Assembly: GCA_964529505.1 (NCBI GenBank) | Contig: CAZGWR010000014.1 | Coordinates: 1,966 to 65,965 of the forward strand | Reading direction: 5' to 3' | Length of the DNA stretch: 64,000 nucleotides | Origin: an uncultured Novosphingobium sp. | GTDB lineage: Bacteria > Pseudomonadota > Alphaproteobacteria > Sphingomonadales > Sphingomonadaceae | Shown: positions 44,862 to 54,527 of the stretch, piece after piece | How the letters are laid out: the number at the start of each line of letters is the position of its first letter | Position numbering within the stretch: position 1 is the first letter of the stretch | Program-made: the position numbers and the translations under genes | The notes under the pieces: generated by a model | What the model was told of the DNA's origin: nothing | The model's database searches: none | What the model saw: the letters and a program-made list of their open reading frames with translations, nothing else

Positions 44862-45857
44862 CTAGCCCTGCCCGCCGAACGAGCCCGACGGCGGGCCGGG
44901 CACACGCGGCGGCCGGGGGCTGGACGGCGGCGCACCGGGCTGGGTGCCCGGCGCCGGGCGCAGCGCATCGTTGATCAGCTCGCCGATCCCGCCGAGCGAG
45001 CCGACCAGCTGGGTCGCCTCGACAGGGAACAGGATCGTCTTGGCGTTGGGCGAATTGGCAAACTGGCCGATCGCCTCGACATATTTTTGCGCGATGAAGT
45101 AATTGAGTGCCTGCGTGCCCGAAGTCTCGATCGCTTCGGAAACCACCCGCGTGGCCTGCGCTTCGGCCTGCGCCGAGCGTTCGCGCGCCTCGGCATCGCG
45201 GAAAGCGGCTTCCTTGCGCCCTTCGGATTCGAGGATCTGGCCCTGCTTCTGGCCCTCGGCCTTGAGGATCTCGGAGGCGCGCGAGCCTTCGGCTTCGAGG
45301 ATCTGCGCGCGCTTCTCGCGTTCGGCCTTCATCTGGCGGGCCATCGCATTGGAAATGTCGGCGGGCGGGCGGATATCCTTGATCTCCACGCGCACGATCT
45401 TGAGCCCCCACGGCGAGGTCGCGTGATCGACCACGGCGAGCAGCCGCCCGTTGATATCGTCGCGCCGCGAAAGCGTTTCATCGAGGTCCATCGAGCCCAT
45501 CACGGTGCGCAGATTGGTGGTGGTGAGTTGCATGATCGCCTGGTAGAGATTGGACACCTCGTAAGCCGCCTTCCCGGCATCGAGCACCTGGAAGAATACG
45601 ACCGCATCGACCCCGACCATGGCATTGTCGCGCGTGATGATTTCCTGCCCGGGGATTTCGAGCACTTGCTCCATCATGTTGATCTTGTGGCCCACCCGGT
45701 CGATGAACGGCAGGATGAAATGGAGCCCGGGCTGCGCGGCAAGCGAGAATTTGCCCAGCCGCTCAATGGTATAGACATGGCCCTGGCGCACCACGCGGAT
45801 GCCGGTGGCCAGATAGACAATCACCAGGCCAACAAGCAGAATGAGCACAGCTTCCAT
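44862..45857 (-). CDS. SPFH/Band 7 (stomatin-like) protein
   Basis: 331-aa ORF with an N-terminal TM helix, an SPFH core (IITRDNAMVGVDAVVFFQV...LRTVMGSMDLDE) and a coiled-coil tail. Confidence 0.9.
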   Translation of the reverse strand: MEAVLILLVGLVIVYLATGIRVVRQGHVYTIERLGKFSLAAQPGLHFILPFIDRVGHKINMMEQVLEIPGQEIITRDNAMVGVDAVVFFQVLDAGKAAYEVSNLYQAIMQLTTTNLRTVMGSMDLDETLSRRDDINGRLLAVVDHATSPWGLKIVRVEIKDIRPPADISNAMARQMKAEREKRAQILEAEGSRASEILKAEGQKQGQILESEGRKEAAFRDAEARERSAQAEAQATRVVSEAIETSGTQALNYFIAQKYVEAIGQFANSPNAKTILFPVEATQLVGSLGGIGELINDALRPAPGTQPGAPPSSPRPPRVPGPPSGSFGGQG

Positions 45858-45954
45858 CGATTTCGCCCCCTTATTGCCGCCATGATCGCCGCGCCGCGCA
45901 ACCTAGCCGATTGCGCGGCGCATCAGTAGTGCGATTTTGCGTGCCGCCGCGCGC

Positions 45955-46350
45955 TCAGGTGCCGGGCGGAACCACTGCATCGAGCCGGGCAAGACAGGGC
46001 TGCGCCTGCGCCGGCAGCGTCTGCTCGGGTTCGGCGGCGGCGCGGCGTTGAATCGCAGCCGCATCGGCGGCCAGCAGATCGCGCACGGCTTCGCGCGTCA
46101 ACGCCGCTTCGTCCATCGCGCGCGCGCCGATGATCGCAAAGAAGCGCTTGCCCCGTTCGGCCAACGCCGGGAGCGCGCGCGCGGCGGGGTTGCCGCGTTG
46201 CTGCTCGGCCGAGGTCAGCGCCAGAACCGCCGCGCAGTGCAGCGCATCGCGCAAGTCCGGCGCCAACGCGTCCGTGCTGTCGGTGGCTGCAGCGTAGGCA
46301 GGAAGCGCGAGCAGCGCCAGCGGAGCGGCGAGATAGGCGAAGCGGCGCAT
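45955..46350 (-). CDS. Hypothetical exported protein
   Basis: 131-aa ORF with a signal peptide (MRRFAYLAAPLALLALPAYAAA). No family recognised. Confidence 0.55.
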   Translation of the reverse strand: MRRFAYLAAPLALLALPAYAAATDSTDALAPDLRDALHCAAVLALTSAEQQRGNPAARALPALAERGKRFFAIIGARAMDEAALTREAVRDLLAADAAAIQRRAAAEPEQTLPAQAQPCLARLDAVVPPGT

Positions 46351-46479
46351 GGCTCGCTATAGGACCAAGCGGCGGGAAGGTCACCCACGATCGCATGGGT
46401 GTTGGCCGGCGCAGCGACACCGCGGCGACTCGCTTGCGCGTCGTGCCAACGGCAGGGCTGAAACTGCGCGAAAGGCGGT

Positions 46480-46519
46480 AAAAAAGGGACCGCGAGCAGC
46501 CAGGGACTGGTCGCGGTCC
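46480..46519 (-). terminator. Rho-independent terminator
   Basis: On the minus strand, GGACCGCGA-(15 nt loop)-TCGCGGTCC is followed by CTTTTTTAC. It lies downstream of gene 46573-46923. Confidence 0.65.
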
Positions 46520-46572
46520 GTGAGGTCAGCCGCATTTGCCGGGTGTCGGGCAAACGCCTGCTGGAGAGAGGA

Positions 46573-46923
46573 TTATGACGCGGAGGTGTTGCACCGCGCA
46601 AGGTCTTCGGCAGACAATTCGCCGTTTGGCGTTGCAAACCGCGCGACTTTTCCGACTTTGCGGGCAAGGCGCGTGCAGACGAACACCGGACGCGCCGTAT
46701 CGCGCGCCGCCGAGCATTCGCTGCCGGCGCAGGACCAAACCGTTTCACCTTCGAGCATGCGGGCGGGAGCGGCGAGCGGCGCGGCGAGCGTGACGGAGTA
46801 GAATGCGCCCGGCGCGGCAGCGCGGACGGGGCTGGCGGTCAGGCCGAAGCTGGCGGCGGTGCCGGCAAGCGCAAGGAGCGCGGGAAGCAGCGGGCGGAGC
46901 GTGTCGTTGCGAAGCGTGAACAT
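46573..46923 (-). CDS. Hypothetical exported Cys-containing protein
   Basis: ORF 46573..47070 trimmed to MFTLRNDTLRPLLPALLALAGTAASFG (signal peptide). Four Cys residues in the mature part. Confidence 0.6.
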   Translation of the reverse strand: MFTLRNDTLRPLLPALLALAGTAASFGLTASPVRAAAPGAFYSVTLAAPLAAPARMLEGETVWSCAGSECSAARDTARPVFVCTRLARKVGKVARFATPNGELSAEDLARCNTSAS

Positions 46924-47087
46924 TGGTGGTCCCCTTTTGAAACTGAAACCGGTGGCGGTCTCACATGCGTCTGCGGCGGAACCAGCGATGCAGACCGTCT
47001 GAACGACCGGGTGACCCGGGGCTTGCCAGAGCGTTCCTGGAGAGGCGGCGCTATTTCCGTTGCGAATCACTACCTATCTGAATGGGT

Positions 47088-47105
47088 TTTTAGTTGCAAC
47101 TAGAA
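47088..47105. promoter_or_regulatory. Palindromic candidate operator TAGTTGCAACTA upstream of the HxlR-family gene
   Basis: A perfect 12-bp palindrome at 47091-47102 (18 bp imperfect), about 30 bp upstream of the ATG at 47132. Confidence 0.4.
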
Positions 47106-47131
47106 ACTTACATTGACGCAGCATTTTTGTT

Positions 47132-47659
47132 ATGGCACTCAGCGTCATGGACAAACTTCGCGAACCCCTTGCCGACATTGCCCAATGCGGGCTCCCCTGC
47201 GCTCTCGAAGCGATGGGCGAGCGATGGTCGTTCATGATCCTGCGTGCTGCATTCAATGGCATCTGCCATTTCGAGGAATTCCTCGAAGTGCTGGGCATCG
47301 CTCGCAATATCCTTTCGAATCGGCTTTCGCGGCTGGTCGAGGCCGGTATTCTCAAGCGCGAACATTGCGCCGAAGACCGCCGCCGCATCGAATACCGGCT
47401 GACGCCGCGCGGCCATGATCTGCTCCCCGCCATGCTCGCGCTGCGCCAGTGGGGCGAAAAGTGGGTGATGGATACCCCGGCCAATCCGGTGCTGTGCGAT
47501 CAGCGCGACGGCAAGCCGATCGCCCCGATCACAGTGCGCGCGCACGACGACCGGGTGCTGGGCTGGGAGGATCTGACCTGGCGCGACACTGCGCAAGTCG
47601 CGCACGACGCTGCGCAAGAGGCTCCGGTGCACGCTTCAGCTGTCCAAGCGATTCGCTAA
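47132..47659 (+). CDS. HxlR-family winged-helix transcriptional regulator
   Basis: 175-aa ORF with CALEAMGERWSFMILRAAFNGICHFEEFLEVLGIARNILSNRLSRLVEAGIL...EYRLTPRGHDL. Confidence 0.88.
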   Translation: MALSVMDKLREPLADIAQCGLPCALEAMGERWSFMILRAAFNGICHFEEFLEVLGIARNILSNRLSRLVEAGILKREHCAEDRRRIEYRLTPRGHDLLPAMLALRQWGEKWVMDTPANPVLCDQRDGKPIAPITVRAHDDRVLGWEDLTWRDTAQVAHDAAQEAPVHASAVQAIR

Positions 47660-47731
47660 GCCCCGCCGAACGTTCGGCCTGGCCCATCGGGGATTGACCT
47701 GCCGCCGCGCCTGGGGAATGCCTGCAACGCC

Positions 47732-48484
47732 ATGGCCCGCCTGTTTCACATCAGCGATCTGCACTTCGGACTCGAAGATCGGCTCGCGCTCGATTGGCTG
47801 GCCGGCCGCGTGCACGCCGAACAGCCCGACGCTGTGGTCATCACCGGCGATCTGACCATGCGTGCGCGGCTCCACGAATTCGCCGCCGCGACGCTCTGGA
47901 TCAAGTCGCTAGGCGTTCCCGTGATCATCGAGCCGGGCAACCACGATCTGCCCTACTTCAATCTGCGCGAGCGGTTCACCGACCCTTATGGCCGGTTTCG
48001 TGCGTTCGAAGCGCAATTCGAGCGGCCGCTCCAGCTTGCCAAAGCGATGCCCGGCGCGGCCTTCGTGCCGTTGAAAACCACCGCGCGTGCGCAGTTGCGG
48101 CTTGATTGGTCAAAAGGGCGCGTGGGAACGCGGGCGCTTGCCGCGACGCTGGCGGCGATCGATGCGCTGCCCGCCGGGACCCGCGCAGTGGTCACCTGCC
48201 ACCACCCGCTGACCGAAGCGGGCACGCATGGCAAGGCGCTGACCCACGGCGGCACGCGGGCGCTGGCGGCATTGGCCCAGCGCCGGGTTCTGACGGTGCT
48301 CTCAGGGCACGTCCACGACCCGTTCGACATTCAGCACCCGACCATCCACGGCCCGGTGCGCATGATCGGCGCAGGCACGCTGTCCGAGCGTGTGCGCGAC
48401 ACCCCGCCGAGCTTCAACGAGCTGTCGTTCAACGGCGGCGAACTCGGCCTGACCGTGCGCGCCATGCCGCCCGGCCCGCGCTGA
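47732..48484 (+). CDS. Metallophosphoesterase
   Basis: 250-aa ORF with FHISDLHFG, ITGDLT, GNHD and SGHVH motifs. Confidence 0.88.
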   Translation: MARLFHISDLHFGLEDRLALDWLAGRVHAEQPDAVVITGDLTMRARLHEFAAATLWIKSLGVPVIIEPGNHDLPYFNLRERFTDPYGRFRAFEAQFERPLQLAKAMPGAAFVPLKTTARAQLRLDWSKGRVGTRALAATLAAIDALPAGTRAVVTCHHPLTEAGTHGKALTHGGTRALAALAQRRVLTVLSGHVHDPFDIQHPTIHGPVRMIGAGTLSERVRDTPPSFNELSFNGGELGLTVRAMPPGPR

Positions 48485-48502
48485 ACCTTGTTCTAAAACG
48501 CC

Positions 48503-49147
48503 TTATTGGGCAGCAGGCGCGGACGCGGCGGCCGCAGGCGCTTCCGCTGCGGGAGCGCCAGCAGCAGCCGGGGCACCTTCAGCCGGGGCGGCGGGGGCGG
48601 CGGCGGCAGCCTCAGCGGCGGGGAGCGGCATGTTGGCACCCATCGAATTGAGATAGAGAATGACATCGGCGCGCTGCTGCGGATCGGTGATCCCGGCGAA
48701 CGACATCTTGGTGCCGGTGGCATACTTTGCCGGGCTGGTCAGCCATTCGTCGAGGCTGTTGAAATCCCAGTTCCCGCCCTTGCTCTTCAGCGCATCGGAA
48801 TAGGCGAAGCCGCGCGCCGCCGAAGCCTTGGCCGCGCCCACGATCGCCCAGAGATTGGGGCCGATGCCGTTCGCGCCGCCCTGCGCGACCGAATGGCAGG
48901 CTTTGCACTTGGCGAATGTCGCCTCACCCTTGGCCATCTGGGCGACCGACAGCCGGTTCGCCATCGGCGCGACCGCAGCAGCGCCTTCGCCGCCCGCCGC
49001 TTCGACGCCTTCGATCACATAGCCCATCTTTTCCGGGCGATGATCCTTGTCGGCCATGAAGTAATGGCTGGAAAGGCTGGACAGCCCGAGCGCCATGACG
49101 CCGCCGAACAAAGTCCAGCCAGCGATGGTATTGAAACTGTCGTCCAT
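48503..49147 (-). CDS. Membrane-anchored c-type cytochrome with Ala/Pro-rich C-terminal tail
   Basis: ORF 48503..49405 trimmed to the ATG at 49147 (MDDSFNTIAGWTLFGGVMALGL). It has the heme motif CKACH and a distal Met in TKMSF. Confidence 0.85.
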   Translation of the reverse strand: MDDSFNTIAGWTLFGGVMALGLSSLSSHYFMADKDHRPEKMGYVIEGVEAAGGEGAAAVAPMANRLSVAQMAKGEATFAKCKACHSVAQGGANGIGPNLWAIVGAAKASAARGFAYSDALKSKGGNWDFNSLDEWLTSPAKYATGTKMSFAGITDPQQRADVILYLNSMGANMPLPAAEAAAAAPAAPAEGAPAAAGAPAAEAPAAAASAPAAQ

Positions 49148-49272
49148 GGTGCACCTCATAACAGGAGCGCGTATGCTGCGACGCGCAAATTTGCGCCCGA
49201 TTAGTCGGCACCCCGCGCTTGCGCAAGTGCGTATCGAACGACCTGTAGGGCACAATCCGCCGCGATGCCCGG

Positions 49273-49290
49273 CAAAATGCCGCTTGTCGC
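49273..49290 (+). promoter_or_regulatory. Shared 17/18-nt motif CAAAAT(G)CCGCTTGTCGC, copy upstream of pheA
   Basis: It is nearly identical to 50229-50245 and lies 30 bp upstream of the pheA ATG. Confidence 0.3.
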
Positions 49291-49320
49291 ACCGGGGAAC
49301 GCGGCCTAAGCCGCGCGGCC

Positions 49321-50211
49321 ATGCACAGTTATCCCGCTCCCGCCCAGCGGCTCGTCGAAACCATGGTCGCCGCCGCCGCTGCCGATCCCGATCGCGCGGT
49401 TGCATTCCAGGGCGCTCCGGGTGCCAATTCGCACCGCGCCGCGCTCGAAGCCTTGCCCGATTGCCTGCCGCTGCCCTGCTTTTCGTTCGAGGATGCGCTC
49501 GACGCGGTGCACGAAGGGCGGGCCGGCCGCGCGATCATTCCTATCGAAAATTCGCAGCACGGGCGCGTCGCCGATATCCACTTCCTGCTCCCCGAAAGCG
49601 AGCTGTCGATCGTGGGCGAGCATTTCCTCGCGATCCACGCCAGCCTGATGAGCACCGGTCCCGGCCCGTTCACCAGCGCATTCAGCCATCCGCAAGCGCT
49701 CGGCCAGTCGCGCTTCTATCTGCGCGAGCGGGGCATCGTGCCGATGTCCTATGCCGATACGGCGGGCGCTGCGGCCTATGTTGCGGAGCTGGGTGATCCG
49801 GCGATCGCCGCGCTCGCGCCGACGATTGCCGCAGAGCTTTATGGGCTGAACGTGATCGAGGAGCATGTCGAGGACGCGGCGGACAACATGACCCGGTTCG
49901 TGCTGCTTGCCCGCGCGCCGCTCGATCCGGCCGAGCTGCGAGGCCCGGCAATCACCACGTTCGTGTTCGAAGTGCGCAATATTCCCGCCGCGCTGTACAA
50001 GGCGATGGGCGGGTTTGCCACCAATGGCGTCAACATGACCAAGCTCGAAAGCTACCAGCGCGGCGCCAGCTTTGCCGCGACTGCGTTCTATGCCGATATC
50101 GTCGGCAAGCCCGGCGAGCCGGCGGTGGACCGCGCGCTCGAGGAATTGGCGTATTTCGCCAAGGATTTGCGCCTGCTGGGCACTTATCTGCAGACCCGCG
50201 AGCGCGGCTAG
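49321..50211 (+). CDS. pheA: Prephenate dehydratase
   Basis: 296-aa ORF with AFQGAPGANSH, a TRF motif (NMTRFVLL) and a C-terminal ACT domain. Confidence 0.9.
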   Translation: MHSYPAPAQRLVETMVAAAAADPDRAVAFQGAPGANSHRAALEALPDCLPLPCFSFEDALDAVHEGRAGRAIIPIENSQHGRVADIHFLLPESELSIVGEHFLAIHASLMSTGPGPFTSAFSHPQALGQSRFYLRERGIVPMSYADTAGAAAYVAELGDPAIAALAPTIAAELYGLNVIEEHVEDAADNMTRFVLLARAPLDPAELRGPAITTFVFEVRNIPAALYKAMGGFATNGVNMTKLESYQRGASFAATAFYADIVGKPGEPAVDRALEELAYFAKDLRLLGTYLQTRERG

Positions 50212-50228
50212 CGGGGCAATAAGGGCGA

Positions 50229-50245
50229 CAAAATCCGCTTGTCGC
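50229..50245 (+). promoter_or_regulatory. Shared motif CAAAATCCGCTTGTCGC, copy at the head of the MoxR operon
   Basis: This is the second copy of the 49273-49290 motif. It forms part of a GCGACAA/TTGTCGC hairpin. Confidence 0.3.
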
Positions 50246-50928
50246 GGCGCGGTGTGCATGCAACCAATCGGCGCGTGACAACTGCAGCGGCACCCGACAG
50301 CGCGGAGACAGGCGCGCGCGCATGGCAGGCCGCGCGCGAGATGCGCGACATCCAGTTCGCGCCGGTCCCCGATGTCACTACCCCCGAACCGCAGCCGCCC
50401 GAATGGCTGCTCGCCATCATGCGCTTTCTGGCCAAGCTGTTCGAGCCGTTGGGCAAATGGCTGGGGCAAGGCTGGGGGGCAGTCGAAGTTGTGCTGATCG
50501 TGCTGACGGCATGCGCCGCGCTGTGGCTCGCCTGGACGCTGCTCTGGCCGCTCTGGCGCGATCGGCGCAGGGCCGCAGCCGCTGCGCCGGATTGGGCCCC
50601 GGAGCGCGGGGCGGCGCTCGCGCTGCTCGAGGATGCCGATCGGCTGGCCGCCGAGGGGCGCTTCGACGAGGCGGCGCGTCTTCTGCTCACGCGCAGCATT
50701 CACCAGATCGCCAGCGCACGCCCGCAATGGCTGACACCATCGAGCACCGCGCGCGAGATCGGCTTGATCCCCGCAATGCCCGCGCCGGCCAAACGCGCCT
50801 TCGCCGAAATCGCGCAAGTCGTCGAGCGCAGCCTCTATGCGCTGCAGCGCCTCGCCGCCGACGACTGGACCCGGGCGCGTGCGGCCTATGCCGAATTCGC
50901 GCTCGCCGATCTCAAGGCAGCGGCATGA
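50239..50928 (+). CDS. DUF4129-like membrane protein (first gene of MoxR operon)
   Basis: 229-aa ORF with one TM helix (VEVVLIVLTACAALWLAWTLLWPLW) and a helical C-terminal domain (SSTAREI...VERSLYA) that fits my memory of DUF4129. The start is ambiguous (TTG 50239, GTG 50275, ATG 50341). Confidence 0.65.
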   Translation: MSRRGVHATNRRVTTAAAPDSAETGARAWQAAREMRDIQFAPVPDVTTPEPQPPEWLLAIMRFLAKLFEPLGKWLGQGWGAVEVVLIVLTACAALWLAWTLLWPLWRDRRRAAAAAPDWAPERGAALALLEDADRLAAEGRFDEAARLLLTRSIHQIASARPQWLTPSSTAREIGLIPAMPAPAKRAFAEIAQVVERSLYALQRLAADDWTRARAAYAEFALADLKAAA

Positions 50929-52202
50929 ACGGAGCGGCCTTTTCGCGCGGGACGGCGCTGGGCATGGTGCTGATCGGCGCGCTGGCGTTCGTCGGCCTGC
51001 TCTATTGGTTGGGCAACAGCGGCGGCCCGGCAAACAACGGCGGCGGCCATGCCGGCGGGCGCGGTCTCAATGGCTTTGCCGCGCTCGCCGCGATGCTGGA
51101 AGCGGACGGGTTCGAAGTGCGCCGCGCGCGCGGGAAGGACGGGCTGACCCGCGCGGGGCTGCTGATCCTGACCCCGCCCGCAAACGCCAAAGGGAGCGAG
51201 ATCGAGGCCATCGTCGCCGCGCACCGCACCGCCGGACCGACCATGGTGATCGCGCCCAAATGGGAGGCCATCGCGGTGCGGCGCAATCCCAAGGCCAAGC
51301 GCGGCTGGACCAAGATCGTCGGCACCGCCGCGCCCGAATGGCCGGGTTTTCGCGACGATATCCGCGTCGACATCGGCAAGGTGCCGGCGCGCGGCTGGCA
51401 AGGCGGCGGGGCGCGTGGGCGCTTGCCGCGCACGGATCAGGTTCTTTCGGGCGAAGGGGCCGGGCTGGTGCCGCTGGTGACGAGCGGCGACGGGCGCGTG
51501 CTCGCGGCGTTCGATGAAGGGCACGGCGATTATCCCGCGCTCGATGCGTTCGCCGATGTGCCCCGCCGGGCAAAGCTCAGCAGCGATGCGGATGCGCCGC
51601 AGGTCTATCCGCTGGTCTTCGTGTTCGAGCCCGATCTGCTCGACAACTGGGGGCTGGCGGACCGCGCGACCGGGCTCATGGCGCACCGGCTGGTGCTGGC
51701 GGCAGCGGGTGGACGCGATGAACAGGTGACATTCGACCTCACGCTCAACGGGCTGGGCGCGGCGCGCAATCTGCTCACGCTGGCGTTCGAGCCGCCGTTT
51801 GTCGCGGCCACGGCATGCTTGCTGATGGCGATGCTGGCGATCGGCTGGCGCGGGTTCAACCGGTTTGGCCCCGCTTGGCAGCAAGGCCGCGAGATCGCGC
51901 TGGGCAAGACCATGTTGGTGCGCAACAGCGCCGGCCTTGTCCGCCGCGCTGGGCGGCTGCACCTGATCGCGCAGCCCTATGCCGAGGCAGCGCGCGAGCG
52001 GCTGGTCGCCGCGCTGGGCCTGCCGCGCGGGCGCCCGATGGACGAGACCGACCGGGCGATCGATCACGCGCAGACCCGGCGCGGTATCGCGGGCGCGCCA
52101 TTTTCGCAGGCGGCGGCGCGGCTGAGCGCGGCCCGCCGTGCGCACGAAGTGGTGCGCACGGCGGCGGATGTACAGCATATCGAAAAGGAACTGATGCCGT
52201 GA
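50925..52202 (+). CDS. DUF4350-like membrane protein
   Basis: In-frame part of ORF 50322..52202 from the ATG at 50925, which overlaps the upstream stop (ATGA). It has N-terminal and near-C-terminal TM helices. The family name comes from operon context and memory and is not verified. Confidence 0.6.
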   Translation: MNGAAFSRGTALGMVLIGALAFVGLLYWLGNSGGPANNGGGHAGGRGLNGFAALAAMLEADGFEVRRARGKDGLTRAGLLILTPPANAKGSEIEAIVAAHRTAGPTMVIAPKWEAIAVRRNPKAKRGWTKIVGTAAPEWPGFRDDIRVDIGKVPARGWQGGGARGRLPRTDQVLSGEGAGLVPLVTSGDGRVLAAFDEGHGDYPALDAFADVPRRAKLSSDADAPQVYPLVFVFEPDLLDNWGLADRATGLMAHRLVLAAAGGRDEQVTFDLTLNGLGAARNLLTLAFEPPFVAATACLLMAMLAIGWRGFNRFGPAWQQGREIALGKTMLVRNSAGLVRRAGRLHLIAQPYAEAARERLVAALGLPRGRPMDETDRAIDHAQTRRGIAGAPFSQAAARLSAARRAHEVVRTAADVQHIEKELMP

Positions 52203-53155
52203 ATCTGGACAATGTGCGCGAACTGGCCGACACGATCCGCGCCGAAGTGGCCAAGGCGGTGGTGGGTCAGGACGCGATCGTCGATCATTTGCTGATCGCG
52301 CTGTTCGCGGGCGGCCATGTCCTGCTCGAAGGCCCGCCGGGCACCGCCAAGACCTTTCTCGCGCAGTGCTTCGCCGCCGCTCTGGGGCTCGATTTCGGGC
52401 GCATTCAGTTCACCCCCGATCTGATGCCGGGCGATATTCTCGGCTCCAACCTGTTCAATTTCCAGACCAGCCAGTTCACCCTGACCCGCGGCCCGATTTT
52501 CTGCGAGCTGCTGCTGGCCGACGAAATCAACCGGACCCCGCCCAAGACCCAGGCCGCGCTGCTCGAAGCCATGCAGGAACGGCGCGTAACCCTGGACGGC
52601 GAGACGTATCCGCTGTCCGACCGGTTCATGGTCGTCGCCACACAAAACCCGATCGAGAATCAGGGGGTCTATCCGCTGCCCGAAGCGCAGCTCGACCGTT
52701 TCCTGTTCAAGCTGCTCGTGGCCTATCCCTCGGCGGAGGAGGAAACGCAGATTGTCATGCGCTTTGGCAGCGGGCGCGGAGCGCCCCGCCTGGCCGAGCT
52801 GGGAGTCGGCGCGGTAACCGGCGCTGCCGCGATCGCGGCCGCCAATGCGGCGGTGGCCACGGTGACGCTGGCCGAAACGGTGATCGACTATGTGGTGCGG
52901 CTGGTGCGCGCGACGCGTGAGAGCGCCGATCTGGTCGCGGGGGCGAGCCCGCGCGCGGCGGTTCTGCTCGCAGGCGCGGCGCGGGCGCGCGCTGCGCTCG
53001 ACGGGCGCGATTATGTCGTACCCGATGATGTGAAAATGCTGGCCACCGCCGTGCTGCGCCACCGCATGCTGCTCAGCCCCGTTGCCGAGATCGAAGGGCG
53101 GCAGGTGGAAGCCATCGTCGCCGATCTGGTCGAACGGACCGAGGCCCCGCGCTGA
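52199..53155 (+). CDS. MoxR-family AAA+ ATPase
   Basis: The GTG at 52199 overlaps the upstream stop (GTGA). It has Walker A GPPGTAKT, Walker B LLADEINR and the VVATQNPIE...LPEAQLDRF motif. Confidence 0.92.
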   Translation: MNLDNVRELADTIRAEVAKAVVGQDAIVDHLLIALFAGGHVLLEGPPGTAKTFLAQCFAAALGLDFGRIQFTPDLMPGDILGSNLFNFQTSQFTLTRGPIFCELLLADEINRTPPKTQAALLEAMQERRVTLDGETYPLSDRFMVVATQNPIENQGVYPLPEAQLDRFLFKLLVAYPSAEEETQIVMRFGSGRGAPRLAELGVGAVTGAAAIAAANAAVATVTLAETVIDYVVRLVRATRESADLVAGASPRAAVLLAGAARARAALDGRDYVVPDDVKMLATAVLRHRMLLSPVAEIEGRQVEAIVADLVERTEAPR

Positions 53156-53177
53156 TGCCGGCGCCCCTGCTCTGGGC

Positions 53178-54527
53178 ATGACCTTGCCCGTGTTCTATCC
53201 GAGCGCGCGCGCGGTGCTCTTGCTGGGCTTGGCCGCGCCGTTGGCGCTGGTTCTGGCGGCGGTGCTGCCGGGCGCATGGGTTGTTGCCCCGGCGCTGGGC
53301 GGCACGCTGCTGGTGATGGTCGTGCTCGATGCGCTGTTCGCCGGACAGGCGCTCGATCTGCGGGTGATCGCGCCCGCCGATTGCGAGGTGGGCCAGCCGC
53401 TTACGCTCACCGTGCTCGCCGATCTCGCGCGCGCCGCGCCGGGCGCCAAGCCGGTGGCGGCGCTGGCGCTCGATCCCCGGCTTGCCGCGGGCGGGCGCTT
53501 GCTGCAACCGCTGACCACTACGCCGGATGCGCCACTGGGCGTATGGAGCGCGGCGATCACGACAGTGCCGAGCAGGCGCGGGACCGGCGCGATCGCGCGG
53601 GTATGGCTGCGCTGGCAAGGCCCGCTGGGGCTCGCCCATCGCCAGATCGAGCGGCCGGTGGACGCGCACGTGCGCGTCTGGCCGGATATTGCTCCGGTCC
53701 GCAGCCCGGGCTTGCAGATTTTCCTGCGCGATGCGCAATTCGGCATGGTGGCGCGGCGGATCAGGGGCGAAGGCAGCGAATTCGAAGCACTGGCCGAGTA
53801 CGAGCCGGGCATGGACCGGCGGCGGATCGACTGGAAAAGCTCGGCCCGCCATGCGCGGCTCTATGCCAAGGAGTTCGAGACCGAGCGCAACAACCAGATC
53901 GTGTTCGCCTTCGATTGCGGGCAAACGATGTGCGAGCCGGTCGATGGACGCGGCGGCAGCACTTCACGGATCGACCGCGCGGTGACCGCTGCGCTGACCA
54001 CGGCATGGGTCGCGCTGAAAGCGCAGGACCGGGTCGCGCTCTATGGCTTTGCCGCAAGGCCGCAAGTGCTGAGCGCGTTCGTGACCGAGCCGCGCGATTT
54101 CCAGCGCTTGCAGCGCGCCGCCGCCGCGCTCGATTATACCGCAGAGGAAGCCAATTTCACGCTCGCGCTTTCCTCGCTCACCGCGCGGCTGCGGCGGCGC
54201 TCGCTGATCGTGGTGTTTTCCGACTTTACCGATCCGACCAGCGCGGAGCTGATGATCGAGAACCTCGCGCGGCTGACCCGGCGGCATGTGGTGATGTTCG
54301 TGGTCATGGCCGATGCCGAACTAGGCGGGATTATCGATGCGCCGGTCACCGATCTGCAGGATGCGGCAATGGCGGTGACAGCCAGCGCACTGCTGCGCCA
54401 GCGCGCGCTGGTGCTGCAACGGCTGCGCCGCTGCGGCGTCGATGTGATCGAAGCGCCGCATGCGCTCATTGGCACCCGGCTGCTCGATGCCTATCTGGCG
54501 GTGAAGCGCAAGGGGAGCATCGGATGA
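53178..54527 (+). CDS. DUF58-family protein (vWA-like, MoxR partner)
   Basis: ORF 53082..54527 trimmed to MTLPVFYP. It has two N-terminal TM helices and the signature GEGSEFEALAEYEPGMDRRRIDWKSSAR. Confidence 0.88.
   Translation: MTLPVFYPSARAVLLLGLAAPLALVLAAVLPGAWVVAPALGGTLLVMVVLDALFAGQALDLRVIAPADCEVGQPLTLTVLADLARAAPGAKPVAALALDPRLAAGGRLLQPLTTTPDAPLGVWSAAITTVPSRRGTGAIARVWLRWQGPLGLAHRQIERPVDAHVRVWPDIAPVRSPGLQIFLRDAQFGMVARRIRGEGSEFEALAEYEPGMDRRRIDWKSSARHARLYAKEFETERNNQIVFAFDCGQTMCEPVDGRGGSTSRIDRAVTAALTTAWVALKAQDRVALYGFAARPQVLSAFVTEPRDFQRLQRAAAALDYTAEEANFTLALSSLTARLRRRSLIVVFSDFTDPTSAELMIENLARLTRRHVVMFVVMADAELGGIIDAPVTDLQDAAMAVTASALLRQRALVLQRLRRCGVDVIEAPHALIGTRLLDAYLAVKRKGSIG

Noticed and set aside
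48503-48620. Ala/Pro-rich repeat at the 3' end of the cytochrome c gene considered as a separate feature.
   Set aside because: It is a low-complexity linker or tail common in periplasmic alphaproteobacterial proteins, not a discrete DNA repeat.
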